Source: an uncultured Chloroflexia bacterium (GTDB taxonomy: Bacteria > Chloroflexota > Dehalococcoidia > Dehalococcoidales > RBG-16-60-22). From it: a DNA stretch of 64,000 nt. Location: positions 51,263 to 115,262 of the forward strand of contig CAVUAO010000002.1 in NCBI GenBank assembly GCA_963739515.1, read 5' to 3'. Shown piece by piece: positions 10,718 through 19,770 of the stretch. Position 1 is the stretch's first letter, and each line of letters starts with the position of its first letter. Made by a program: the position numbers and the translations under genes. The notes under the pieces were generated by a model. It was not told where the DNA came from, searched no databases, and saw only the letters and a list, made by a program, of their open reading frames with translations.

Positions 10718-10747
10718 ATTGTATCCACAATCTTTTAAAATTGTCAA
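10718..10747 (-). promoter_or_regulatory. Sigma70-type promoter driving the putative ncRNA
   Basis: TTGACA (10747-10742), 18-nt spacer, TACAAT (10723-10718). Confidence 0.75.
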
Positions 10748-10752
10748 GCCGG

Positions 10753-11550
10753 TTACATCACATTTCCGCCCGAGACCTGGATCACCTGACCGGTGATGTA
10801 ATTGGTAACGTCAGATGCCATGAGGACGGTAATATTGGCGATATCTGTGGGGGTGCCCATCCTGCCGAGCGGGAAAGCGGCCAGCATTGCCTCCCGCATC
10901 TTCTTATATTGGTCTGGAGGGGGAGGGGGTGCGCCTTCCCTCAGAGCCGCCCCGAAATTGGTCGGCGCCGGGCCCGGGGCGATGCAGTTGCAGCGTATGC
11001 CGTTCTTGCCTTCCGCGTAAGCCAGTTGCTTGGTGAAGAGGTCGATCGCGTACTTGGAAATGGCGTAAACCGCCACGCCAAAAGAATACTGGCGGGTACT
11101 GCCCGAACCTATATTCACGATGGCGCCATGCTTCTGCTTTCTCATGTGGGGAAGGACCGCCCGGGTGATATACATGGTGCCGAAAAGGTTGAGGTCCATC
11201 TGCCTGGACCAGGTTTCGTATTTCTGCTCGTCCAGGGGGACATAGTCCTTGTGCAGGATGGCCCCGGCAACGTTGCAGAGGATATCGATTTTGCTGTACT
11301 CATTAATGGCTTGCTGGACCATGGCGTCGACTTCGGCTTTTTTGGTGATATCCGCCGGGATGGCGATGGATTTTTTACCAGTTTTCTTGATGGCTTCGGC
11401 CGTTTTCTGGGCGTCTTCCAGGTTGATATCGGTAACGGCGACCGCTTCACAACCTTCTTTGGCGAGGAGCAGCGCTATTTCGTGGCCAAAGCCTATCTGG
11501 CTGCCGGCGCCCGTTACCAGGGCGACTTTACCTTTAAACCCGAGGTCCAT
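10753..11550 (-). CDS. SDR family oxidoreductase
   Basis: TGAGSQIGFG, NVAG, YAISK. Confidence 0.95.
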   Translation of the reverse strand: MDLGFKGKVALVTGAGSQIGFGHEIALLLAKEGCEAVAVTDINLEDAQKTAEAIKKTGKKSIAIPADITKKAEVDAMVQQAINEYSKIDILCNVAGAILHKDYVPLDEQKYETWSRQMDLNLFGTMYITRAVLPHMRKQKHGAIVNIGSGSTRQYSFGVAVYAISKYAIDLFTKQLAYAEGKNGIRCNCIAPGPAPTNFGAALREGAPPPPPDQYKKMREAMLAAFPLGRMGTPTDIANITVLMASDVTNYITGQVIQVSGGNVM

Positions 11551-11581
11551 TTGAGCCTCCCGTTTTTTATTTTAGAGACCG

Positions 11582-12346
11582 TTAATCCAGTACCGAACCG
11601 CCGGAAACATGCAGGACGGCGCCGGTGATATAGCTGGACATATCAGACGCGAAGAAGACCGTGGCGTTGGCGATGTCGGCCTGGGTGGCGCCCCTTCCCA
11701 GGGGAATCGTCTTGGCCAGCATATCTATTATCCCCTTTTTATCCGGTCCCGGAATGAAATTGGTGGGGGCGGGGCCGGGGGCGACGCAGTTACAGCGGAT
11801 GCCGTCCTTGGCTCCATTAAAAGCCAGCTGTTTGGTAAAGGTATCGACGCCGGCCTTGGCAATGGCATACGTATTGCCGGCGCCGTGGCCGTACATGCGC
11901 GTGCTGCCCGAGCCGATATTAATGATAGAGCCGCTCTTCTTTTCCTTCATATAAGGAAGCACGGCCTGACAGGTGAGCATGATACTGTAGAGGTTGAGAT
12001 GGATATCTTTATCCCAGTCTGCCGGTTTGGCCTGGTCATAAGGCACGCGGCTGGCAATGCCGCCGGCCACGTTACACAGAATGTCTATTTTTTTATATTC
12101 ATCAACGACTTTCTTTATCAACGCACTTACATCGGCCGGACTGGTAATATCCGCTTTAACGGCGATGGATTTCTTGCCGAGTTTCTTTATTTCTTCCGCG
12201 GTGAGTTTCACATCATCGATGATATCCGTCACGGCCACGGCGTCACATCCCTCTCTGGCCAGCAGGAGCGCTATCTGTTTCCCGAAGCCAATCTGGCTGC
12301 CTGCCCCGGTGACCAGTGCCACCTTGCCTTTTAAACCTAGGTCCAT
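11582..12346 (-). CDS. SDR family oxidoreductase (tandem paralogue)
   Basis: TGAGSQIGFG, NVAG, YAIAK; start set at MDLGLKGK after RBS GAGGAGG. Confidence 0.95.
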   Translation of the reverse strand: MDLGLKGKVALVTGAGSQIGFGKQIALLLAREGCDAVAVTDIIDDVKLTAEEIKKLGKKSIAVKADITSPADVSALIKKVVDEYKKIDILCNVAGGIASRVPYDQAKPADWDKDIHLNLYSIMLTCQAVLPYMKEKKSGSIINIGSGSTRMYGHGAGNTYAIAKAGVDTFTKQLAFNGAKDGIRCNCVAPGPAPTNFIPGPDKKGIIDMLAKTIPLGRGATQADIANATVFFASDMSSYITGAVLHVSGGSVLD

Positions 12347-12454
12347 GATTACCTCCTCATATTTAAAGAATTTGCAGGTATCATTATATAACAAAGTTAT
12401 CGCAATGGTGAAATGCGACGATTTTTCTGATTTGGTATTCTTGGGTCTTCATAA

Positions 12455-12635
12455 CCTCACCCCTTACCCCTCTCCAGCCTGAAGCATCGTTAGAAACCGG
12501 CATTAACATTGGCTGGAGAGGGGAGTGTAAGAGAGAGGGGGCTTCGCCCCCTCTCAAATTCTTTCCCCCTCTCAAACACAATAAAATCCGGGCATAAAAT
12601 AGGAATCTGTTTGAGAGGGGGATAAGGGGGTGAGT
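12455..12635. repeat. Multi-hairpin intergenic repeat, copy B
   Basis: CCCCTCTCCAGCC-31 nt-GGCTGGAGAGGGG; GAGAGGGGGCTTCGCCCCCTCTC; CCCCCTCTCAAACA-29 nt-TGTTTGAGAGGGGG; terminal CTCACCCC/GGGGTGAG. Confidence 0.9.
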
Positions 12636-12662
12636 ATTACTGAATGTCGTAAAGAAGATAAA

Positions 12663-13370
12663 TTAAAGCCCCATGTAGGCTTTCCTGATATGCTCGTTGC
12701 TGAGGCACACGGCGCAGGTTCCCTCAATCACCACCCGCCCGTTTTCCAGCACGTAGGCGCGGTCGGAATTCTCCAATGTCTGCCGCACGTTCTGCTCGAT
12801 GAGCAGTATCGTTATGCCGCGGTCCCGCAGCGACTTGATGATCTGGAAGACCTCCTGCACCAGTTTCGGCGCCAGGCCGTTGGAAGGCTCATCGATAATA
12901 CATAATTTCGGCTTGGACATCAGGCCGCGTCCCATCGCCACCATCTGCTGCTCGCCGCCGCTCAGTGTCCTGGCCAGCTGCCCCGCTCTCTCTTTTAACG
13001 CGGGGAAAAGTTCAAAGACTGTCTTCATGGTCTCGTGCCTGGCTTCCCAGGCCTGTTTACCGTAGGCGCCCATCTCCAGGTTTTCCCGCACGGACATGTC
13101 GGTGAAAAGCTTCCTGCCTTCAGGTATGTGAGAAATACCGAGTTCGACGATAACATGGGGCGGCAGGTTGTCGATTCTCTTGCCCAGGTAAGTGATGCTG
13201 CCCGAAGTAGGGTGTATCACCCCGGATATCGTATTCAATAGAGTCGTTTTCCCGGCCCCGTTAGCGCCGACTAGGGCGACAATTTCCTTCTCGTCAATCT
13301 TAAACGAGACATCCCATAGCGCCTGGATTTGTCCGTAAAAAACATTGAGGTTTTTAGCTTCCAGCATCAT
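12663..13370 (-). CDS. livF: Branched-chain amino acid ABC transporter ATP-binding protein
   Basis: GANGAGKTT, LSGGEQQM, IIDEP, IEQN. Confidence 0.93.
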   Translation of the reverse strand: MMLEAKNLNVFYGQIQALWDVSFKIDEKEIVALVGANGAGKTTLLNTISGVIHPTSGSITYLGKRIDNLPPHVIVELGISHIPEGRKLFTDMSVRENLEMGAYGKQAWEARHETMKTVFELFPALKERAGQLARTLSGGEQQMVAMGRGLMSKPKLCIIDEPSNGLAPKLVQEVFQIIKSLRDRGITILLIEQNVRQTLENSDRAYVLENGRVVIEGTCAVCLSNEHIRKAYMGL

Positions 13371-13371
13371 G

Positions 13372-14091
13372 CTACTCTCCCAGATACACTTCAACGACGA
13401 CCTTGCTGTTGGCGATTTCCTGCGGGGTTCCTTCCGCAATCTTTTTACCGTAATTAAGCACGATGATGCGGTCGCATACGTTCATAATCGCTTTCATCAC
13501 GTGCTCTATCATGACCACGGTAACGCCTTTTTGCCGTATCATTCTGACCAGGTCCATGGCCTCGGCAATTTCCGTCTGGTTCAGGCCTGCCATCAGCTCG
13601 TCCAGCATGAGCAGTTCCGGCTGGGTCGCCAGCGCCCTGGCAACCTCGAGCCTTTTCTGGTTGGCCAAGGTCAGGTCTTTCGCCAGCGCGCCGCTTACTT
13701 TGGATAGCCCCACGAATTCCAGGAATTCACCGGCGCTCTTGGTCGCCTCCGCCGCGGAAATCATCTTCCCGGTGCCGAAAAGCGCGCCGAGGCGTACGTT
13801 CTCAATCACCGGCAGGCTGCTGAATATTTTCACGGTTTGAAAAGTCCTGGCGATGCCCATGCGGCAGATTTTATAAGGATTCATGCCGGTGATATTTATC
13901 CCTTTAAATTCTATGGTACCCGGCTTGGGCACCAGCGAGGCGGAAACAAGATTGAACAGCGTCGTCTTGCCGGCGCCGTTCGGGCCGATGAGGCCTACGA
14001 CCTCACCTTGGTCTACGTAGAAATCGACGTCGGACACGGCGGCCACCCCGCCGAAGTATTTAGTGACCCCTTTACCTTCAAGAATGTGCAC
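13372..14091 (-). CDS. livG: Branched-chain amino acid ABC transporter ATP-binding protein
   Basis: GPNGAGKTT, ARTFQ, MLDE, IEH. Confidence 0.93.
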   Translation of the reverse strand: MHILEGKGVTKYFGGVAAVSDVDFYVDQGEVVGLIGPNGAGKTTLFNLVSASLVPKPGTIEFKGINITGMNPYKICRMGIARTFQTVKIFSSLPVIENVRLGALFGTGKMISAAEATKSAGEFLEFVGLSKVSGALAKDLTLANQKRLEVARALATQPELLMLDELMAGLNQTEIAEAMDLVRMIRQKGVTVVMIEHVMKAIMNVCDRIIVLNYGKKIAEGTPQEIANSKVVVEVYLGE

Positions 14092-15034
14092 GTGCCCCTC
14101 CGGAAACCCGTCTCCAGAATCTCTGGATTAGCCCCATCAACCCGCTGGGCAGGAACAATATAGTAGCTACCAGGATACTGCCGAAGATGAGCATATAGTA
14201 TTTACTCCAGACGCCCGTTTGTAATAGTTCCTGGAGATAGCTGAACAGCACTGCGCCAATAACCGGCCCATATAAATTTCCCATCCCGCCGAAAATAGCC
14301 ATCAGCACCGGGTTGAAAGACATTAGCGGGTTAAAGGCGCCATCCGGGTCGATGATTGTCAATCTTGTCGCCATAATCACGCCGACGGCGGCCATAAATA
14401 TCGCGCTCACGGCATAGATAAGTATCTTCACCATAGTCACGTTGATACCGATATGCGCGGCCGCTTCTTCATTTTCCCCGATGCTTTGCAGCGCCAGCCC
14501 GTATTTCGACTTTCTTATCAGGTAGGCTATAATTATCGTGACGACGGTGATGCCAAGGAGATAATAATAAATTTGATTGTTGCCTACCGGTTCGAGGAAC
14601 CTGACGACGAGATGATTGATTTTGGTTTCCCAGAATAAAATTACCTCCTTCGCGAGCAGCACCAGACCGAAGGTAAACATCGCGAAATAGATGCCCTTGA
14701 GTCGTAGCGTTATCGCCCCGACGATGAAAGCGACAATAAAAGCGATGATGCCTGCGATAAAGACGACCAGGATTAACGGTATTTTGTCTACCAGCAGCGC
14801 TGCCGCATATATACCAATCCCATAATAGGCGGCTGACGCCAGCGAGATATAGCCGGTGGTGCCGGAGAAGATGACCCAGCTGATGGTCATGATTATGTAT
14901 TCCAGAAAAACGGTGAACAGCGTAACGCCATACGCCCAACCATATAAAGGCAGGAAGCCCAGTATCACCAGGATTACCAGCGGTATTCCCGCTTTATTGG
15001 CCGCCTGTTTCCAGTTCATCTTGCTAAAGTTCAT
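14078..15034 (-). CDS. livM: Branched-chain amino acid ABC transporter permease
   Basis: Hydrophobic; GYISL, RLKGIYFAMFT, ENEEAA..IGIN, FGG.G..YGP. Confidence 0.92.
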   Translation of the reverse strand: MNFSKMNWKQAANKAGIPLVILVILGFLPLYGWAYGVTLFTVFLEYIIMTISWVIFSGTTGYISLASAAYYGIGIYAAALLVDKIPLILVVFIAGIIAFIVAFIVGAITLRLKGIYFAMFTFGLVLLAKEVILFWETKINHLVVRFLEPVGNNQIYYYLLGITVVTIIIAYLIRKSKYGLALQSIGENEEAAAHIGINVTMVKILIYAVSAIFMAAVGVIMATRLTIIDPDGAFNPLMSFNPVLMAIFGGMGNLYGPVIGAVLFSYLQELLQTGVWSKYYMLIFGSILVATILFLPSGLMGLIQRFWRRVSGGARAHS

Positions 15035-15037
15035 TCT

Positions 15038-15901
15038 CTACTTCCCCAGAATTCCCTTCGGCCGTATCAGTAGTAAAATTATAAAAATTATGTAATAAGA
15101 GGCTATGGTTAATGCCGGCTGCAGATAGGTAACCCAGGTCCCGATGATGCCAAGGATAAAACCCCCGATAAAGCTGCCGGGGATGCTGCCCAGCCCGCCC
15201 AGCGTCACGACGACGATAGCGATGACGGTATATCCCAGGCCCATGACTGTATTTATCGGATAACAAATGCTGATAAGCGTGCCGGCGATGCCCGACATGG
15301 CGGCGCCGAAGCCGAAACAAAGCGCCAGCGTGTAGTTAATATTGACTCCCATCAGCCCGGCGGTAGAAGCATCCTGGGCGGCTGCCCTGATAGCCTTGCC
15401 GGTGCGGGTGCGCTCTAAAAACAGATAAAATGCTACACCGACGGCCACGGCAAATGCCGCGGCGATGATACGGTTTTCGGTAAATACGGCCCCGCCGATA
15501 TTGACGCCGGTCGATAAATACGCGTAGCTATGCGGTCTCGTGCCCCAGATGATAACCGCGATATTTTGCACGATAAAATAAAGACCGAAGGCGGCCAGCA
15601 GCCCGTTGCTTTCAAAAACGCCGGGATTGGGAGATTTTATCCTGATAGTCGTAAACAGTGTACGGTACAGGAAAAACCCTGCGATAAACAGTAGCGGGCC
15701 CACCACGAGAACGGTAACCAGCGGGTCAACGCCGTGTTCCTGAAGCGTTAAGGTAATGAAAGCCGCGAACATTAAAAATTCGCCGTGGGCGATGTTCAGC
15801 ACCCTGGCGACGCCGTATTGCAGACTGAGCCCTACGGATACCAGCGAATAAATGCCGCCGATAAATAATCCGCCAAGAAATATATTAAGAAATTGTTCCA
15901 T
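15038..15901 (-). CDS. livH: Branched-chain amino acid ABC transporter permease
   Basis: GLSLQYGV..LNIAHG, GKAIRA, GGLGSIPG, RPKGILG. Confidence 0.93.
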   Translation of the reverse strand: MEQFLNIFLGGLFIGGIYSLVSVGLSLQYGVARVLNIAHGEFLMFAAFITLTLQEHGVDPLVTVLVVGPLLFIAGFFLYRTLFTTIRIKSPNPGVFESNGLLAAFGLYFIVQNIAVIIWGTRPHSYAYLSTGVNIGGAVFTENRIIAAAFAVAVGVAFYLFLERTRTGKAIRAAAQDASTAGLMGVNINYTLALCFGFGAAMSGIAGTLISICYPINTVMGLGYTVIAIVVVTLGGLGSIPGSFIGGFILGIIGTWVTYLQPALTIASYYIIFIILLLIRPKGILGK

Positions 15902-15998
15902 TATATTGTTTTAAAATAATTTTCTGTATATTTATATTATATGCCCATTTTACACCAGCAGGCTGGCTGAAGGCCACACATGGTATCTATGATAGAGG

Positions 15999-16030
15999 AT
16001 ACCGGCGGGTGGTGAACCCCCGCTCGGTAT
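15999..16030. other. Intercistronic GC-rich hairpin after the substrate-binding protein gene
   Basis: ATACCGGCGGG-loop-CCCGCTCGGTAT with no U-tract; probably an mRNA-stabilising stem. Confidence 0.5.
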
Positions 16031-16080
16031 GACCTCCAGGCAGCCTGCAATTACTTATTCCAACTATTTTCCGTTACATG

Positions 16081-17391
16081 TTAGGGTTTGGCTGGCCACG
16101 CTGGCTTGGGGTAGATCGGTGCTGCGGTGCGCCGGGTGCCGGGGTCGACGACTTCGAAAATACCATTCTGCCACTGCCCGATTTGACCGGCGTAGCATGC
16201 CTGCGGTAGTAACCCACCGCCCTTGCCACCTTGAATGTCCCACCAAAATTCCCCCAGGACGGTTTGGAAATGTGCGGTAGCCATCACTGCCCTGACCTTG
16301 TCGGTATCAAGCGAAGCGGCTTTCTCAATCGCCTGCTGGAAGAACTGTAGCGAGGCATAGTAGTCTATGGATCCCCACCAATCCATATTCGGTGTCCCAA
16401 TTATGGCTTCTATTTTGTCCGCATAAGCGGCGGCGGCGGCGGAGCTCTTTCGGTTCCACCCGCCCTCGCCGAAGACGCCTTGCAGAGCGTCGCCAAACGT
16501 GAGAGGGAAGAAGCCGAAGTTACAGCCCGGGCCGATCAGGAGGGCCTTCGGGCTATAGTTGAGAGCCAGGGCCGTCTGCATGAAAAGAATATTGTTGTTA
16601 GGATAAGCGAATACGCAGACAATATCGGGATTCGCGGCCTGGACTTGCTTGACTAACGGCTCCATGTCGGCGATGGTAATCGGGAAACTCGAGTCGCCCA
16701 GGATCTGGATGCCATGTACGGCGAACTCGGTTTGGGCGACAAGGTTGTATTCGGCGCCGTGCAGGTTTTCCAGCCAGAGGATATATGCCGTCTTGGCTCC
16801 GGCATCCTGCATGATTTGCGCGAAGACGGGCATCTGGAAGTGGTCGGAGTAGTTCAAGACCGAGAAGACGTAAGGCATATCGACCAACTTCGGCTCGAGG
16901 GTAGTAGCGCCGCCTTCGCCGCAAATTATTAACCTCTTGTATTTATTGGCGATAGGCGCCGCGGCGAAAAGCGGGGTCGTGCCGGTAGGCCCGAAGAGGA
17001 AGTCGACGTGGTCCTGCGTGCATAGCTTCTCGATGTTGGCGGCGACTCTCGCGTTGTCGGCTCCATCATCGTATTCTATTATCCGGACCTTGAGTTTCTT
17101 CCCGGCTACGTTGATGCCGCCGGCGTCGTTGACTTCCTTGGCCCACATCTTATAGACAGGGGGGTAGCCAAAGTCCTGGAATCCGGCCGTCGGCCCGGTG
17201 ATATCCCGCGAAGCGCCGATGACGATTTCGTTCTGCGCCGGCGGGGTGGGCGAAGCGGAAACCGTCGGCGTTTTCGTAGGTGTGGGTGTGGGCGTGGGCG
17301 TGGGCGTGGTTGTTTTACACCCGGGGATAAAGGTGACTAAAAACACGAGACAAATTATCAGTGGTAAAGCAAATTTAATGGATTTTTTCAA
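16081..17391 (-). CDS. ABC transporter substrate-binding lipoprotein (LivJ/PBP1 type) with Thr-Pro linker
   Basis: Lipobox-like FIPGC, (TP)n linker, PBP1-type motifs (YDD, FGP). TTG start after AGGAGG; an upstream ATG at 17445 is possible. Confidence 0.9.
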   Translation of the reverse strand: MKKSIKFALPLIICLVFLVTFIPGCKTTTPTPTPTPTPTKTPTVSASPTPPAQNEIVIGASRDITGPTAGFQDFGYPPVYKMWAKEVNDAGGINVAGKKLKVRIIEYDDGADNARVAANIEKLCTQDHVDFLFGPTGTTPLFAAAPIANKYKRLIICGEGGATTLEPKLVDMPYVFSVLNYSDHFQMPVFAQIMQDAGAKTAYILWLENLHGAEYNLVAQTEFAVHGIQILGDSSFPITIADMEPLVKQVQAANPDIVCVFAYPNNNILFMQTALALNYSPKALLIGPGCNFGFFPLTFGDALQGVFGEGGWNRKSSAAAAAYADKIEAIIGTPNMDWWGSIDYYASLQFFQQAIEKAASLDTDKVRAVMATAHFQTVLGEFWWDIQGGKGGGLLPQACYAGQIGQWQNGIFEVVDPGTRRTAAPIYPKPAWPAKP

Positions 17392-17863
17392 TTTATATAT
17401 ACCTCCTGTTTTTCCGGAATACATCTTGTTTCCGTGTTCTTTCATGTCCTTTCCTTATATCTCACCTCCCGCTTTATTCGTTTTTTATTTTTACCTATTT
17501 TTATTTCGGCAGATAAATCCTCATGATAATTTCTATGACTTTATAGAGAATTTTTTAACATAAATTAACTTACCTAACTTGAATCTCCCCCGAAAATGGA
17601 TTTTCTAACTCATCTTCGAGGCTATTTCCCAAGTTACGCAATAGTCCTTTTCAGATGTATTACCGTTATCTATTTGCAAAACTTTATAATACCACCAATG
17701 TAGTTGTCAAGTATTGGTAATGGGGAGTTTTAGAAATAAAAAAACATTCGGAGTGTGGGGTGCTTTTCCTGAGGAGATTTTTTACCGGGCGTGGCGGTTT
17801 AAGAATATCAGCGATAAGGATTTTTCACCGGGCGGTGTCAGAAATAAAGTGGGTCTGCGCCGG

Positions 17864-18175
17864 TTAGACGGCGACCGCTTTTTTGATTTTTCCGGGATGT
17901 CTTTTCCAGCCGAGGGTTTCCAGCAGGTCGCCGATGGCTTTGTCCTGTTGCATCTCACCGCGTAATGGCATGGTGGGGTCGAAACTGTATTTTATCCGCC
18001 GCCCCTCCCTCTTCTTCGTGACGTAGCCGTCGGCTTCCAGATCGTTGATGATATTGCGCGTGGCTTTTTCTGTGATGCCGATGGCTGCGGAAATATCCCG
18101 GGCGGTTATCCGTGGCTGCTGGGCGATGAGGTTGAGTACCATGGCATGGTTGGTCAGAAATTTCCATCCCGGCAT
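17864..18175 (-). CDS. Winged helix-turn-helix transcriptional regulator
   Basis: W.FLTNH..VL, RDISAAIGITE..RNIINDLE.DGY, REGRR; divergent from the kamA operon. Confidence 0.9.
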   Translation of the reverse strand: MPGWKFLTNHAMVLNLIAQQPRITARDISAAIGITEKATRNIINDLEADGYVTKKREGRRIKYSFDPTMPLRGEMQQDKAIGDLLETLGWKRHPGKIKKAVAV

Positions 18176-18243
18176 GCTCTTACCTCCTTGCCCGGTTTTT
18201 TAAAAAATATTTTTTATCTTTCGGTTACAATTTCAAAAACCTA

Positions 18244-18294
18244 TTGACAATTTTTACCCAGGTTGTATAATTAATTTAGGAATAAAAATTCCTA
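18244..18294 (+). promoter_or_regulatory. Sigma70 promoter with palindromic operator upstream of the kamA operon
   Basis: TTGACA (18244), 16-nt spacer, TATAAT (18266); perfect inverted repeat TAGGAAT-AAAA-ATTCCTA at 18277-18294. Confidence 0.75.
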
Positions 18295-18393
18295 TATATT
18301 ATAACAGGAATGTCAAGTTAACACAAGTAATTAACGAAAAAACCGTTAAAAATAGAACAATCTAAATAAAAAGGAGCGTTAAAAAAAAGAAAA

Positions 18394-19770
18394 GTGAAAA
18401 CGTCATCGGTGGCCAGTAAAACCCGTACCACCCCCTCTACTACCAGAATGACAATGGAAACCATGTCCCGGAACGAAGCTGAAGAACCTCCCAGTAAAAC
18501 TCTAATCGCCAAAAATATCGATGACGAGCCCCCCGGTAAAAGCCTTACCGGAAGATATAGACTGTTCGGGAACGTCCCGGACAGCTCTTGGCATGATTGG
18601 AAGTGGCACTTCCGTAACCGCATCACCACCGTTGACCAGCTCAGCCGGCTGGTACCGCTATCGACTGAGGAAAAAGCGCAAATCGAAATGGTTTGCCAGC
18701 GTTATCCTCTCGCCATCACGCCTTACTACCTGTCGCTCATTGACCCCTCCGACCCCAACGACCCCGTGAGGAAACAAGCCATACCTTCCATCCTGGAAAT
18801 TTCCATGAGCGATATAGGATTGGAAGACCCCCTGGCGGAAAAAGAAGACTCGGTGGTCCCCGGCCTGGTGCACCGCTACCCGGATAGGGTGTTGATGGTC
18901 CTCACCGATATCTGCCCCATGCTCTGCCGTCACTGCACCCGCAAGAGGGAATGGCGGCATGGTGGCTGGGTGCGCCCCTGGAGCGAAATCGAAGCCATGC
19001 TGGGTTACCTGCGCCGGAACACGAAAGTCAGGGATGTCATCATCTCCGGAGGCGACCCGCTGACGCTTGCCACGGCTCACCTGGAGAACATCATCGCCAG
19101 GATACGGGAAATCAAACACATCGAAATCATCCGTATCGGCAGCCGGTTCCCCGTGGTGCTGCCGCAGCGTATTGACGCCGAGCTCTGCGACATGCTTTCG
19201 CGGCACGGCCCCATCTGGCTCAATACTCACTTTAACCACCCCCGTGAGATCACGCCGGAATCCGCCGCTGCCTGCGACCGCCTGCTGCGGGCCGGCGTGC
19301 CGGTCAATAACCAGACAGTGCTGCTGCGCGGCATCAACGACAGCGTCCAGACGCAGCTGAAGCTCTGCCAGGGCTTACTGAAAATAAAAGTGCGTCCTTA
19401 CTACCTCTTCCAGTGTGACGAGGTGCAGGGGACGGAGCATCTCCGAACCTCGGTGGACGTCGGCATAAAAATTATTGAAGGAATGCGCGGGCATACCTCC
19501 GGTTTGGCCGTACCTAACTTCGTCGTCGACTTGGTCAACGGCGGTGGCAAAGTGCCCCTGCAGCCCAACTACGTGCTTTCGATGACCAAGGACGAGTTGC
19601 TCTTGAAAAACTACGAGGGCAAAGTCTTCCGTTATCGCAATCCTAATTCGTCGGTCCGCCGCGACAATGTCGGGGCGCCGGTCAGCGGCGTCGTGGATAG
19701 CCTGCTGGCGGATGCTGACCTCCCGGTGAAAACTGAAGGAGAGGTAGATGCGGATCGGGTTATCGTTTGA
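18394..19770 (+). CDS. kamA: KamA-family radical SAM/PLP aminomutase (lysine 2,3-aminomutase-like)
   Basis: HRYPDR, CPMLCRHC, SGGDPL, HFNHP, QCD and VVD...GGGK (PLP Lys); start codon uncertain. Confidence 0.92.
   Translation: MKTSSVASKTRTTPSTTRMTMETMSRNEAEEPPSKTLIAKNIDDEPPGKSLTGRYRLFGNVPDSSWHDWKWHFRNRITTVDQLSRLVPLSTEEKAQIEMVCQRYPLAITPYYLSLIDPSDPNDPVRKQAIPSILEISMSDIGLEDPLAEKEDSVVPGLVHRYPDRVLMVLTDICPMLCRHCTRKREWRHGGWVRPWSEIEAMLGYLRRNTKVRDVIISGGDPLTLATAHLENIIARIREIKHIEIIRIGSRFPVVLPQRIDAELCDMLSRHGPIWLNTHFNHPREITPESAAACDRLLRAGVPVNNQTVLLRGINDSVQTQLKLCQGLLKIKVRPYYLFQCDEVQGTEHLRTSVDVGIKIIEGMRGHTSGLAVPNFVVDLVNGGGKVPLQPNYVLSMTKDELLLKNYEGKVFRYRNPNSSVRRDNVGAPVSGVVDSLLADADLPVKTEGEVDADRVIV

Noticed and set aside
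12455-12635. Repeat with ~30-nt variable inserts as a CRISPR array
   Set aside because: The units are inverted repeats in dispersed single copies rather than tandem direct repeats. The loops of copies A and B are partly homologous, and there is no cas1 or cas2.
17270-17312. GTGGGC/GTGGGT hexamer tandem repeat as a phase-variation locus
   Set aside because: It is an in-frame, degenerate repeat encoding the Thr-Pro linker of the binding protein.
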